A stretch of DNA of 63,769 bases, the filler included, from Reclinomonas americana ATCC 50394 (Eukaryota): assembly GCA_048213135.1 (NCBI GenBank). It is 4 parts of 2 records of this genome, joined end to end, with 100 filler letters (N's around TTAATTAATTAA, not from the genome) between each part and the next. Parts side by side here need not be neighbours in the genome. Positions count along the whole stretch, not along the records: positions 1 to 29,142 come from PS015122.1; positions 29,243 to 37,075 come from PS015122.1; 2 more parts are not named here. One strand, written 5' to 3'. The notes under the pieces are model-generated. The model saw nothing but the letters and a program-made list of their open reading frames with translations, had not been told where the DNA came from and searched no databases. Positions within the stretch are counted from its first letter, which is position 1. Each line of letters opens with the position of its first letter. A program made the translations under genes and the position numbers. Of this stretch, positions 22,301 to 34,711 are shown in pieces.

Positions 22301-25300
22301 TGTGACGTGTTGTTGAAGAACACACAGCTGTCGATCAACGAACCCATGTCACTCACTCGCATATGCACAGCACCTGCGCAAGCCGCGTGATGATGCCCAC
22401 GATCGCAGAGCCAACAGTGTCATTAATGTGCAAGCAACTCACCTCCACCGTTGAATGTGGACAGGCTGGATCCGAGATACTTGCTGCTACTGCCACCGTT
22501 GCCGTTATTTGTGGCCATGTTGGAGGAGAAAGTGCAGTTGGCCACAGTCGCCTGTCGCGGAGGAGATGAGTGACGTGACGTGGGTCGCAAAAGACAACCA
22601 CAATCGTGACTCACCAAGCCCAGCGAACTGATCAGCAGTGCTCCTCCTCCGCTTCCTAAACCGGAGGAAGAGGCGGTTGAGTCGAAGCTGCCGCCACTGC
22701 TGTTTGAGTCGGCGACGTTGTTGTCAAAGTGCGAGTTCGCATACGTCTGAGCGACGTGGGTGAGGTGGCGGCGTCACATCAGTGCGTCAAAGGGAACGCA
22801 GAAGTGCGTACCTGCTGGCCGGCAAACGTAAAGTGACACAGAATAGCGCCGCCTCCCGCGGTGGAAATGGAAGTGTTGCCTGCGACAAAGGCGAAGGTGA
22901 AACACGAGACAATCAAAGCGAGGCCAAGTGGGCCTACCTCCGTCGTAGTTGTGGTCACCGCCTGGTCGTGGCCAGAACGCAGCGTGTGAGTGTCTGTTAT
23001 CACCTAGCACCACGAAAGAAATAGCTGAACTCACCTCGTGCATTGCCAGCGGCCACGTTGGAGGAGAACACAGAAGAAGAAACCGACTATAAAAACGCAC
23101 ACGTGAGTCACTCTGTCGCCGCTTGTCAGTACGTTAGCAGCATTTACCTGCGCGCCCAGACTAAAGTTCGACCACACGGCACCACCTCCACACGGACCGC
23201 CGCTGGCATTGCCACTGCTCTCCGTAACTCGATCACCACCGTTGCAGTTTTGCTGCAAGGGGTTGTGTCGGTGAGAGACAGTTATCGAATACGGCATGAA
23301 CAACAACTTGCTCTCACCGACGCGACATTCCCCTGGAATAAGGAGCCGACGATTGTCTGCGATGCACGAGGAGGCGCAAGTCACGCTATGCTACACTTCC
23401 GAGCACTATAGCACTGTGTTGTAGATACCTGATAACCAGTTTGCTGAGTTCCCACAGCGTTGGCTCCGATAAAAGTGGCCCAGATCGCACTGTGAGCAAA
23501 CGACTCTCATTGGCAAGCAATGATGCAAACGACGACTAGCACAATAGAAACGAAACCCGCCGCCGGAGTAACCGGCTGTCGAATCCGACGTCATTCGCGA
23601 ATCGGTACCGCCTACCAGACTGCAAGTCAGGACACGTGGCTGGGCACGAATTGCAATTGTCTTGTTACCTTTGGCATTCAGCGCGGCGATGTTGCCGGTG
23701 AACGATGAGCTTTGCACAATCTACGGACGTATTAACACATCAGCGACTGCAGCAGGGTGCAATCATACAACGGAAAGCACGCAGCCTGTGAAGTGGGTCC
23801 CTCATTTGCATACAGATACACAGCACCACCTCCGCTGTCTGCGGATCGGAAACACACAAAGTAAGCAAGCCATGCATGGATGCATGAATTCATACACACA
23901 CAACGCAACAGCCACCCGAGGCCACGGCGGCAGCCCAGCTGTACGAGCCACCGCTGTCCCGCAACGTAACAGAGTTAGAAAACATGGGCGCGAAAGAGCA
24001 AAGATGTCTGCACAAACTTTGCATTTCTGGTTGACGCGTTTCCGGTAAAGTTGCTGGAGGAAATGAGCTGTGTGATGATCAGAGAAAGAGTGAGAAGAGA
24101 GTGATTTGCTAAGCATCTGCTACAGAAATGCAAACCTGTTGGCCACCGGACTCGAAAAAGTAGACGTAGATGGCACCTACGCCGGCACCAGTGGTAAGAA
24201 AGGACGATAATCAACCAAAGTTAGCTGCCTCATTCTTGTTGGATTACGTACCGCCACCACAACGACCTTTCGAAGAATCAGCATCACCGGCAGTCACCAC
24301 TCCACCTACCCGCACACAGTTTGGTCAGCAACATACAACCATGATTGCAGAGTAGTACGCGTTTTTTTCGCACCTCTGCAGTTCAACGTGGCGGTGTTGT
24401 TGACAAACGACGACTCACTGACGGTATGATTGCCGCCGCCGCCGAGATACAGGAAGATGGCACCACCGCCGCTCTGTCGAAGAAGCACAGAATTAACAAC
24501 AATACGTCTGCGGGTTCTGTGCATGGAGCAAACAAAACTGTCCCGCCACTGGCCACACTCGGCCCGTTCCCAGAACTGGTTCCGGCGCTTCCATTATTGT
24601 TCGCCGTGTTGCCGACCCAGCGAGTGTTTACAAGGGTCTGTGTGCGAGAGAACATGTGTACCGACGTCTACCGACACCCCGGTGCTGGCAATTGCTTACC
24701 TGTGTCATTAAGTACGCGGAATACACAAACAGCGCACCACCTGAGCACCATTTGCATGTGTGAGAATCACGATGCCTAGACAAGGGACGAATCAAGTCAC
24801 TGCGCACCACCCGATGTGCCACCCTGGGCACTGTTGGAGTTGGTTGTCGAGATGCCGCCGTTTCCTGCATATACATACTTACACGTGAGGAGACAACCTT
24901 TAACTCTTTTTCTTTCACTCTCAGAAACACACTCACCATTGTCATAGGCCGCATTGCCAGTGAATGTCGAATTGTTGATGTTCTGCAGTGTATCAATCGG
25001 TTGAGAACAAGAAAGGATACGCACTTGCCTTTTCCTTTTCACTCCGTACCTGAGTAAGCTGGCCGAAAGAGTACACCCATGCCGCCCCGCCCTACAACAA
25101 AGAAAGCCCATGTCACAAACTGTGGACGCGCAAGACAACTCGGGAGATCAATGGCGAAACTCCCGAATATCCGACATGCGAATCACTGGAGGTGGAAGAG
25201 GCTGCGTTTCCACCGATTAGGCAGCCACTGCCGTTGCCAGTGGCAATGTTCTTGGAGAACGTGGAGTTCGTGATGGTCTGTGTGAGTGGGGACTGGAGCA

Positions 25301-28245
25301 AAGGAAAGGGTGTCAGGAGAGTGAAAGAAGCGTGATCAGGCGCACGAGAAGAGACAATACCGCCAAGGAAGCCTGATAGAAGACAGCCATGAAACTATAC
25401 AAGGCACATGCTTGTAAGTTCGCGAGTGCCAACATGCATGCACTCCCACCACGACGTACCCTCCACCGCCCCCCAGTCCGGCCACAGCACTGGTATCGGC
25501 CGGGACTCCATACCCGCCCATGACTGCAAACACGGGGAGTTAGTTAGTTCGTACGCACAACAGCAGCCTGCTTGAGCATACATACCATTGTAGAGGGCCG
25601 TGTTGTTGAAAAACGTGCAGCCGGTGATTGTGTGTGTGCCCGAGGAAGGGAACACCAGGAAGAAGCTGCGAAAACAAAAAGGTAAGGGCATGATGATGCA
25701 GGGGGTGCTCTCTTGCTACTTCGCCACGTACCCTCCGCCACCGGCGGCTCCGGCTGTGGCCTGCGACAATGGTGCCTCTGCGCTGTTATTACCTCCATTG
25801 GCTGTATGCACGCCGCGGAGATGTCAGGGCAGACAGACAAGGCAGCGAGCAAAAGATGCAGATCGTAGCCAACCGTTGTATGCAGCCACGTTGCTTGAAA
25901 ACACCGTGTTTATCATCTGTGCCGCACACTGGCAAGTCACGCACTGCACGGTGGTGAATTAAGTGCAAAGGACGACGCACCGTAATTGCGGCTGAGAAAA
26001 TGCTGCTGCCGGAGATCCACAGGCCTCCGCCACCAGAGTTGGACATACTGGAGAAGAAGTTCTCCATTTGACCAATGGCGTTCTGCGACGGACCGGTGTT
26101 CCACGTGCCACCATCTGGGGGTGAATGTACGCGCACATGGTCAAAACTACAGCCGGTGAAGCACACCAAGAGAGCATCGCAACGCACTGGCATTGTACGT
26201 GGCCACATTGCCCTGCCACACACTATCCGACAACTGACGGGAAAGAAAGAGAGAGAGAGAGTGAACATAGAAATCTAGAGTGAATGCATGCACACTCCCT
26301 CGTGTTCCATTACCGATACTTGCGACACCGAAGACAGCATCGCACCGCCTCCACCGCACGAGTAACCCGAATTCGCCAATGCAGTTGTTGGCCCGTACAT
26401 GCCGCCGTTGCAGTTGTTGGTAGCTGCATGGACATCGTGAAGAGTGAGAGGTATTGAAATCGATGCGAGGAAGCTGACAAGCACTCACCGATGTTACCGA
26501 TGAATTGTGAACCATTGTTTACCTGCATGCGATGGGAACAGGGATAAGGCGACAAAAGACCAGGCAACAAATGACAGCATGCGAGTCACCCACCTCAAAC
26601 TCGCCACTGCCGGTGAGCACAGTAATGTACAAGGCGCCACCGCCCGAGCTCACTCCGCCGTTCAATGACGCATAGAGCGGCGCCGATTCGCCGACAGTGA
26701 CTCCATTGGAACATCCACTGACTACGTTATTGGCAAAGGTGGAGGCACTAATGGACACGGATAAAGTCGACTGTGCGTAGAGGGCACCACCTGCACAAGC
26801 GCGTTACCATTTTGTGTGATTATTGAGGCGGTCATTGCGGGAGCTCACGCACCACCGATGTAAGAGTTGCCGTTGCCGTTGGTCCCACTGATCAAAGACG
26901 CTGCTGTTACGGGTGTTCCACATCCTGTTACCTGGTTACCAGAGAAGGTGCTGTTGTTGATGCCAATGTACTGACACTGACTACAGTACACGGCTCCACC
27001 TACAAGAAAATTGTCTGTGACCATCCGGTCCTGAACTCAAGCAACGTTTAGAGCAGACGCGCGTACCTCCAGAGTAGGAGGCGAGCAACGACGAAGCGGT
27101 GTTGGAAGCAAACACGGTCGAATTCAACCACAGCTGATTCACCATCGCCAGGTACAAGGCGCCGCCGCCGCCCGACAGGGTGTCGTTGTTGGACCCAGTC
27201 ACCGTATTGGCCGTGAAGTTGGACGACAGCACGCTGAACACATTCGCTGTGCCGGTCATGTAAATGGCGCCACCACGCGCATTGGCCGTCGACACCGTGC
27301 ACGCGGCAAAGACCGAGTTGGTGATGGTCCACTCGGAAAACATGCCTTGAGCTGCGATGCAGCCGCCACTGGCCGTGGTGCCACCCGACGACTGAAAGAC
27401 GGAGCCGGTAATGGCCACAGACGTGCTCGGTACCGTTGTGCCTCGCATGGACACCACAGGCCCCTCCGGCAAGCCACTGAATGTGCATTGCGAGATCTGG
27501 ATAATCGACGAGCTGTAGACAAATGGCGCGATGCTCAGCAGCACCGCGCTGCCAGAGATCACCACGTACTGCTGCGAAAATGTGACTGTGATGCCCTGCA
27601 GCGAGATCAACGGTCCGGCCGTGATGTTCAACGCGAGACCGGCATCTGGCTGATACACGACCGGGTTTTGTGGGGTGCCGAGGCCCATCAACGTCACGTT
27701 GCGCGCTACAAAGGCACACGCCAATCAGTGAGACATACCCCTCGCATAGAACGGAGAGAAGGCTGAAGGAGAAGAAAGAGAGACGCAACGTACGGTGGGC
27801 GCAATGTTCACACCAAACTCGTAGTACGTGCCTGGCTGGATCAGGGCGACGAATGACCAACTGGGGTCTGTCATGGAGAAGCCTCGGTAGCCACACGAGG
27901 CATACGCTGTGCTGATGTCACACAGGTTGTTCACGCTGGTGCCACACGTGGAAGCGCCACCACTTGCGTAGCCGACATTGACTGCATGAGGTGATGACGA
28001 CAACAACCATATGAGATAAATGCATTGACTATATCATATCATTCACACACTCACGCGCCCTCTCATGCACACACACCTTCACACACAGTTGCGGCTGCGG
28101 CTGTTGCTCCACTCAACAACATGCTCACGCTGGTACAACACAACAAGAGCGCAAGCAAACTGCACATCAAGTCGACATGACGGCGTCCATGACTGGCGTT
28201 GAGTGCTGCACTCGCACTTGGTCTTCTTGGTAATCTGGTACTCAT
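16376..28245 (-). CDS. Large surface protein: signal peptide, many Pmp-type (GGA[IV]/FxxN) beta-helix repeats, Cys-rich stalk and C-terminal multi-pass TM region; dozens of exons
   Basis: Hydrophobic N-terminus (LMCSLLALLLCCTSVSMLL); repeated FxxNxA..GGGA[ILV]Y motifs (e.g. FSGNAATGSNGGAI, FSRNSAVQDGGAISL); CPVGQQY..CTNCP, YVCPYDYC, CGKCQ|DGYSLWGNECLPC; several hydrophobic helices at 16700-18430; hydrophilic tail ending at 16376. Exact exon set not fully resolved. Confidence 0.82.
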
Positions 28246-28510
28246 TAACAGCAAACCTCCTCTCTATCTCTCTCCCTCCTCTATCAATGGCGATGGCCGC
28301 GATGCGATCGGCGATCCCGCTTTTGGTGTGGTCAAGGACACGCGACGTTCACCGATGCATCCATCCTCTCTTGTGAATTACTTCTTCCCTAACGCACATG
28401 TGTGAGCAGGCTTTTGGTACATGGACAGGCAAGCCATTTTCATTGCATCCCGACATCAACACGCTTTCTTCTCTCCGCATGCCGACGTCGACAAGGAGAG
28501 CTGGATCCGG

Positions 28511-29095
28511 TCACTTGCGGGATGAGCCACTGAAGCTTCCACTGCCACTGCCACTGCCGCTGGCCCCGGTTTCATCGGTCCAGCCTCCGTAGTCTTGTCG
28601 GAATTCGGGATTGGCCAGCTTGTTGCGTCGCGACTCGGAGAGACGAGCTCTCTCCTGCCACGTTTCCTTCTTGAATTGCTCGCTCTTGAGCATGTCGGCC
28701 AGACGTTCCTGCGCGCCTTCCAGCTCCTGCAAGAGGAAAGGGTGAGTGGAGCGTATGGAGGTAAGCAGAGGACGCGAGACGCAACACTCTGCAGGAACTC
28801 GAACAGCTCTCGCTTGCTATCGTTTTCCTCTGAAAAATAGGATACAACGCGCGTCAGCTCTCCCACACTAGTCGCAAGCATGGAGAGTGTGGCAAACCGT
28901 AAAAGGCATACACGTAGGACCACTGCGTGACGAGAGAGGGAGAGAGAGGTGAGCGGCAGGAGATTGTGGGGTGCGTAGAACACGAGCACACCTTCAGGGT
29001 CTTTCGACTGCGCAGCAGTGTCTTGCAAGCGTCGCGAATCAAGTCCAGGCAGATGGGGTAATCAGGAGCCGCAGGATCAAGCTGCACAAGCGGTA
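28511..29095 (-). CDS. Ariadne-family RBR E3 ubiquitin ligase, C-terminal Ariadne domain; 5' part lost in the gap
   Basis: LIRDACKTLLRSRKTLK|WSYVYAFY|..KRELFEFLQ|ELEGAQERLADML matches the Ariadne-domain consensus (CRxxLKWSYVYxYY..LFExLQxxLExxxExL). Confidence 0.8.
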
Positions 29096-29615
29096 CGTGA
29101 GAGAAACGGCGGGGGGGGGGGGGGGGCGGCAGAACAGAGGAANNNNNNNNNNNNNNNNNNNNNNNNNNNNNNNNNNNNNNNNNNNNTTAATTAATTAANN
29201 NNNNNNNNNNNNNNNNNNNNNNNNNNNNNNNNNNNNNNNNNNGAGAGAGAGAGAGGGAGAAAACAATGCTGCACAGGAGCAGTGTGAAAGAGAGAGAGAG
29301 AGGGAGCACGCCGACTTGAAGAAAGCTGTACGTCAGAGTCATGCGTGTGATGTACGCACCGGAAGAGAGAGAGAGAGCGTGTCGAGTGAGAGAGGATGAG
29401 CCGCTGAGAATTCGTGACAATGCTGCACGGCAATGCTGGAAGAGACGAGTGAGAGGAATGTGTGCGACAGGCATGCCCATGACACTCGTGCCGTTAGAGA
29501 CAGATGTGTGTGGCCAGCAGGAAGAGACATGGTGAAAGTGCGAGCCATGATGCTGCAAGGCTGACACCGACAGTGAAGGCACACACACACACACGCACAC
29601 ACACAAACACTCACA

Positions 29616-29649
<34 letters not shown>

Positions 29650-29876
29650 CACACACCGAGATTGTGAGAGAGAAATCTGCACCCTTTCGTCAAGTTTGCT
29701 GATAGTGTTGTTATTTCGATTTTGCGATGCTTGGGAGAGGCAGCTGCACACGAAGCTTGGAGAGATGAAGAGTGAGGCTGGCGGATACAGTGTTGGATAT
29801 CGTGACTCTCTGCCTCATTGCGCACTGCTTGCCCCGCCACGCTCCTCCCTCGTCTCACCCCTTCTGTGGATCGCAG

Positions 29877-30412
29877 GTGGAACGAGATCCCACAATGGCC
29901 GAAATCCCACTGGATGAGATGACGGAGGCCGAGAAGCAGGCGTCGCGCATTGTGCGCTACAATTTTGGCTCGCAGTTCCTCAACTTGCGAACGATTGGCA
30001 CAACGTTGTGTGCGCTTCTTGCCCGCTTGCTTTTTTTCTGCTTCTTCTTCCTGCTCACACGGTGCGCAGACTCGAATTCAGGGTCGGCGACCAGCCGGTA
30101 CCGAACCTGCGCATGATTGAGCGGCATTACTTCCAGGACGAGTTGCTGCAGAGTTTTGATTTCATTTTCCCGTTCTGCATACCAGGCAGCACCAACACAT
30201 GGGAGGTCATCTACAACATGCCGCGATTGTCGGAGGACAAGGGTGAGTGCCCCCACTGCGTCGCAAAATAGTACGGTTGGCGCTCACTTCGTCCCGGTGC
30301 AGCGCGTGCCATGATGGACCACCCGTTCGAGACCTCGTCGGACTCGTTCTACTTTGTCGACAACAAGCTGATCATGCACAACAAGGCCTTCTACGCATAC
30401 CTCGACGAATGA
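29877..30412 (+). CDS. UNC119: UNC119 (PDE-delta family myristoyl carrier), 3' exons; 5' exons probably in the gap
   Basis: [68 protein letters not shown]..|[26 protein letters not shown]. Confidence 0.95.
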
Positions 30413-30599
30413 GCCGAGTGACTCGTGTTTTTGCCCCAGCGGCCAGTATGAGAGTGTGCGCGAGTATGCGTACGTGTGTGATGGTATCAAAACACACACA
30501 CACGCCGACAGTGTACCGCGCATGAGATATATTGATGTTCAAAAACGAAGTGGGAGGGCGGTGATGATGATTGGTAGCCGAATGCTGTCCCTAACCCGC

Positions 30600-31839
30600 T
30601 CAGTCGACCCACACGTAGCCAGCCTCGGTGCGGTAGCCGGCAAAGTTGCACACTTTCCACGTCTTGCTGGTGAGATCGATGAGGTAGAGGTACTCAAAGT
30701 CCGACACGATGTACGTCTTGGTGGCGTCGATCTTGCCGGCCACGAACGGATAACCTGTGTCAAAGATAGAAACGAGGGAGCAGTGAGGGCGACGTGCAGT
30801 GCAGTGTCGAGTCACGTAGAGCATGTCACTCACCAGGTCCATTGGGAATGCTCATGAGGGTGGTGATGGCGCCGGTGGCCGGATTGAGGGTGTAGATCGA
30901 GAGGTCGGCCATGAAGTAGACGCTCGAGTCGGACTCGAACGACTGGATGGTCAGTGGGGAGCGTGCGAGTGCCGGCGTCAGCGTGTGCGGCGTGTTCTGC
31001 TTGGTGGGCAGATCTGTGTGTCGGAGGTGTTAGTAATGAGGCATGATCGCAAGACGACGACGACGACGACGACGACGCACCAAGCGTGCCAACAACGTTG
31101 CTGGACTGGAAGTAGTACACCTGCTGCTTGGCACTCAGCAGCGTCACCAAACCGTCTTCATCCTTGTTGTTGACGGCGGCCGTGAGGCGCCACGTGACAC
31201 CATTCTGTTGTCGCGAATGAGCAACAACAGTGGGGAATACAGAAGTCCTGCCCTGCCCTGCACGCACCTTGCTCGCATCGTGCACCGCATACAGCTCTCC
31301 CGGCAACATGCAGTACAGTGTATCCGAGGCCGCATCGACCAGCAGCGCCAGCTGCAGCACGTTGGGCTTGGCGGCGGCCGGCAGCGGAATCGTGCGCACC
31401 TCCTTGCCACTCGTCGCATCAATCGCGTGCACTGCAGTGCCGGAGCCGGTGGTGTAGTACATCAACCGGCGTGTGCGATCGTAGGCCAGCAGAGGGCGTG
31501 AGTTGGGGTCCTGTCGATCGGTGGTGCAGGCCGGAACCACAGCGGCAATGGTCGTGTAGTTGCCCGTGGCCGGATCGATGCGCACGAGTGAGCAGGTGAG
31601 ATCAGACAGGTTCGGGCGCCACAGCGCAGTCAGCCCTGCAGTGAAAAGAGTGAGAGTGAGTGCGTGTGAGTGTGTGCGAGTGTGTGAGTGAGGAAAAAAA
31701 GCGCACCTTGCGTGGCCTCGGACTCGCGCTCCGATGGGTGGAACTCCACGTGGCTGGCACGCAGGAGAGGATGCGCGCTTGCAGCAGCTGCAAGAGTGGC
31801 GATGAGCAAGAGGAGGAGCACGGCGTGGGGTCGTTGCAT
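30600..31839 (-). CDS. Secreted protein, probable beta-propeller (multi-exon)
   Basis: Signal peptide MQRPHAVLLLLLIATLAAAASA; blade-like repeats LVRIDPATGNYT, VHAIDATSGKEV, IYTLNPATGAIT, LYLIDLTSKTW. Confidence 0.7.
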
Positions 31840-32219
31840 TTTTCGCGTGTTTGATTGACGAGGACGTCGACGTTCTGTCACTGCGTGGAAAGTGTTTCTT
31901 ACGAGCTAGTGAGAGTACCACTACAGCCATCGTATGCACTCTGACTGCTGCCTTGAGTGCACAAGTCGGAGGATTTTTCATGGTCAAGTCGACGTCGACG
32001 TCGTTGCAATCACAACCACAGGTTCTGGAGGAGCAGAAAAATGCCTGTTATAAGCAAGGCACTCTGCTGACACAATGGCATCTTCACAAGCACCACCGCT
32101 GACCATGAACATGTCACAGGACCGTGGAAGGCGTCCGCTGACCGTTATTTTTTTCGGCATCCGCTTTCTCTGCGCACTGCGTCTCTCTCTCCTCCTTCCT
32201 CACTCTCCCATTGTCTACG

Positions 32220-33578
32220 ATGAGCGCCTCACCCGTTACCGCGGACGAGAACAGCGGCAGCACTCTGCGCCGCACAAACAGTGGCAATGGTTTGTCTGTG
32301 CAGCAGTCACGCGTCTCTCTCTCTGTCTCTCACTGTCTCACTCACCTCCCACGCTTGCAGCCTCGGCGACTCTGGCCTCGCCTGATCCCAAGCGCGTGCT
32401 CAGCGACATCACGGGCTCTGCGCGCGCCTCGGCCTCTGGCGCCCCGCTCGACTCTGATCAGGACTCGGCCGCCATCAATGCCGGTGAGTGCCACCACACA
32501 CATGCACGCACACACTCTCTCTTTTACACAACACGCGCACACACGCACGCTTCTGCTGCCCACGCGTTGCAATCGCCACGTGGCATCACCATGCAGTTGT
32601 CTGCTGCACATCTTGTGTGTGAGAGAGAGTGGATTGTCTTGCTTTCACTCGACTGTGCACGTCTCTACCCTGCCTGCATGTGTGTCTGCGTGTCTGTCTG
32701 CATGTGTCTCTCTGTGCTCATCGCACACGCACTCTGTGTGCGTTGTCGGGCTGGCGCGCTGGTGGTGTGTTTCACGACATGTGCATGCCTCGCCCTCTCT
32801 CCACACCTCCATCCATCGTCAACCGTTTCTCTGACTTCTTTGTCTTCTCCTTCTCCCCGCAGTCCGCGATTTCATCCTGTGGAAGAAGCCGGTGACGACG
32901 GGAGCCTTTTTCGGCACCACGCTGGCCTTCCTCGCGCTCATTGTGTACTACGGCTCGTTCTTCTCGGCCGTGTCGATTGTGGGCTTCCTGACAGTGGCCC
33001 TCTTTGGCGTGATTGGCCTGGTGGGCCCACTGCTGCCGCCCAATATCACCGAGAAGTTTTGTGTTGTTTTTTTGGTCGCCATTTACGGAAACGGCTGTCG
33101 CTGACTGTTTGTGTGTTCTTGAAGGCCCACGGCCATTTGCCAAGCGATTGCCGGCTTCCGTCTGTCGGAGCAGACTGTGGTGATGATTGCTCGTCTGGCG
33201 ACGGCGCAGCTCAATGCTGGCATTGCGGCGGCGGTGCGCATTAGCACATGGACCGACATGATCACTTCGGCCAAGGCACTCGCCGCGTTTGTCGTCATCT
33301 ACTACATTGGTGGCCTCATGACCCTGTTCAACTGGTTCCTGTTTGGTGAGGATGGCGTGCGTGCTCGCTCGTGCAAGGAGATGATCGTTCACTCAACCCC
33401 CTATCGTGCAGGCATCATTGTCACCTTCACCATCCCGAAGCTGTACTTGGCCAACAAGGCGCTGGTCGATTCGTCGCTGGTCCTGGCCTACACCCAGGCG
33501 CGCAAGTACGCCATCCTCGCCTTCAACGTGGCCAAGGATCGCATCTCGTCGCTGCTGCAAAAGGGCAAGAAGGAGTAA
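32220..33578 (+). CDS. Reticulon family ER-shaping protein
   Basis: VRDFILWKKPVTTGAFFG, two long hydrophobic segments, FTIPKLY, C-terminal di-lysine-like GKKE*. Confidence 0.88.
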
Positions 33579-33845
33579 TCCTCGCGTGCCAATCTCTCCC
33601 ATGTCCACCGTGAGTGCCGCTCGTTCGCGATCGGCTAAAGCGTGTTGCGACCGCTTTTCCATGTATAATTCGAGCAATAGAATGTCACATTGTGGAAGGG
33701 GGGAAGGGGGGAAGGGGGGGAAGGGGGGAAGGAGGAGGGATTGGAGAGCAGGAGGAGGCAGTGAGCCGTGGTGAAGATGGACAAGACAGCGTTCCATCTT
33801 GCCTGAAGGGGACTTAAGTTGGAATTCACCAACAACAAAGAGAAG

Positions 33846-34029
33846 CTTTGTTGAAAGTCCAATCATATCCAAGAAATCAACACTAATGCCAGTATGGACA
33901 GGATGTGCACATCCACCTACTTACGCACGACTGCGATATTCCCGATATCCCCCTTTGTTGAAAGTCCAATCATATCCAAGAAATCAACACTAACACCAGT
34001 ATGGACAGGATGTGCACATCCACCTACTT
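33846..34029. repeat. Intergenic direct repeat (77-bp core, period 107) containing palindrome GGATGTGCACATCC
   Basis: 33846-33922 and 33953-34029 are nearly identical; palindromes at 33901-33914 and 34008-34021. Confidence 0.9.
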
Positions 34030-34201
34030 TGTTGGCACAACAAACGGGGTTATTTCGTTTTGTTAGGGCCCTATTTCCCGGGAGGTGCCGTACGGAACCG
34101 TGACCGGTGTGTCGCGGTACCGCCACACGCTGGAGATACTGGCCGTGTACGCACAACTGCGATATTCCCCTGCTCTGTCTTGACACTACATGCGCACGCA
34201 G

Positions 34202-34256
34202 GTCATTTCGAGATCCACGTTCATCTCCAACACCGCGTCTCTCAACTGCAACGGAG
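34202..34256 (+). pseudogene. Orphan Pmp-repeat exon
   Basis: cag|VISRSTFISNTASLNCNG+G|gtac resembles VSESSFVNNTATLNCR+G|gt of the Pmp gene (~24375-24430), with the same exon-end phase. Confidence 0.5.
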
Positions 34257-34711
34257 GTACGGCACTCGCTGGTACGATTCTGTCTGCGGAGAGCACTGGC
34301 GTATGGTTTTTTGTGTGTTCGTTCTCAGAGCTTCGATATTCGCCGCAAGGTGTGATTGAGCAGTGGATTCGACGCACTTGCATAAACGCACGTGCGTAAC
34401 GCCGAGCAAACAAAGCAAAGCCGGGTCCGGATCTGTTCGAGCTGGTCGTGTTGCTGTGTCGGCAGTGATGAGCTCAGGTAGCAGGCGCACGCGCATCGTA
34501 ATGTCGCAGTTATTGCAGTCACTGGCTAGGCACAGTACAGTGACCGCACAGTGAGAACAAGAGAACTGAGGGTTGATCGGCGACGCTGACCACAGTAAAT
34601 TGTTGTTGTTGTTGGCGTTAACTATCATCGATATCTTCGAGGGCGACATGGATAAACAAATTCTGCACAACATTTAATTGCAACAAAGATTGGGAAACAT
34701 CGACACCATCA

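Noticed and set aside
1-29095. Apparent ubiquitin-system gene cluster (Ub-A2M, WD40s, URM1, COMMD8, Ariadne)
   Set aside because: URM1, COMMD8 and Ariadne are ordinary housekeeping genes interleaved with unrelated ones; eukaryotic adjacency alone is not evidence of a functional cluster.
29187-29198. TTAATTAATTAA flanked by Ns (also at about 37120 and 60413)
   Set aside because: Identical six-frame-stop spacer inserted by the assembly at contig joins; not biological.
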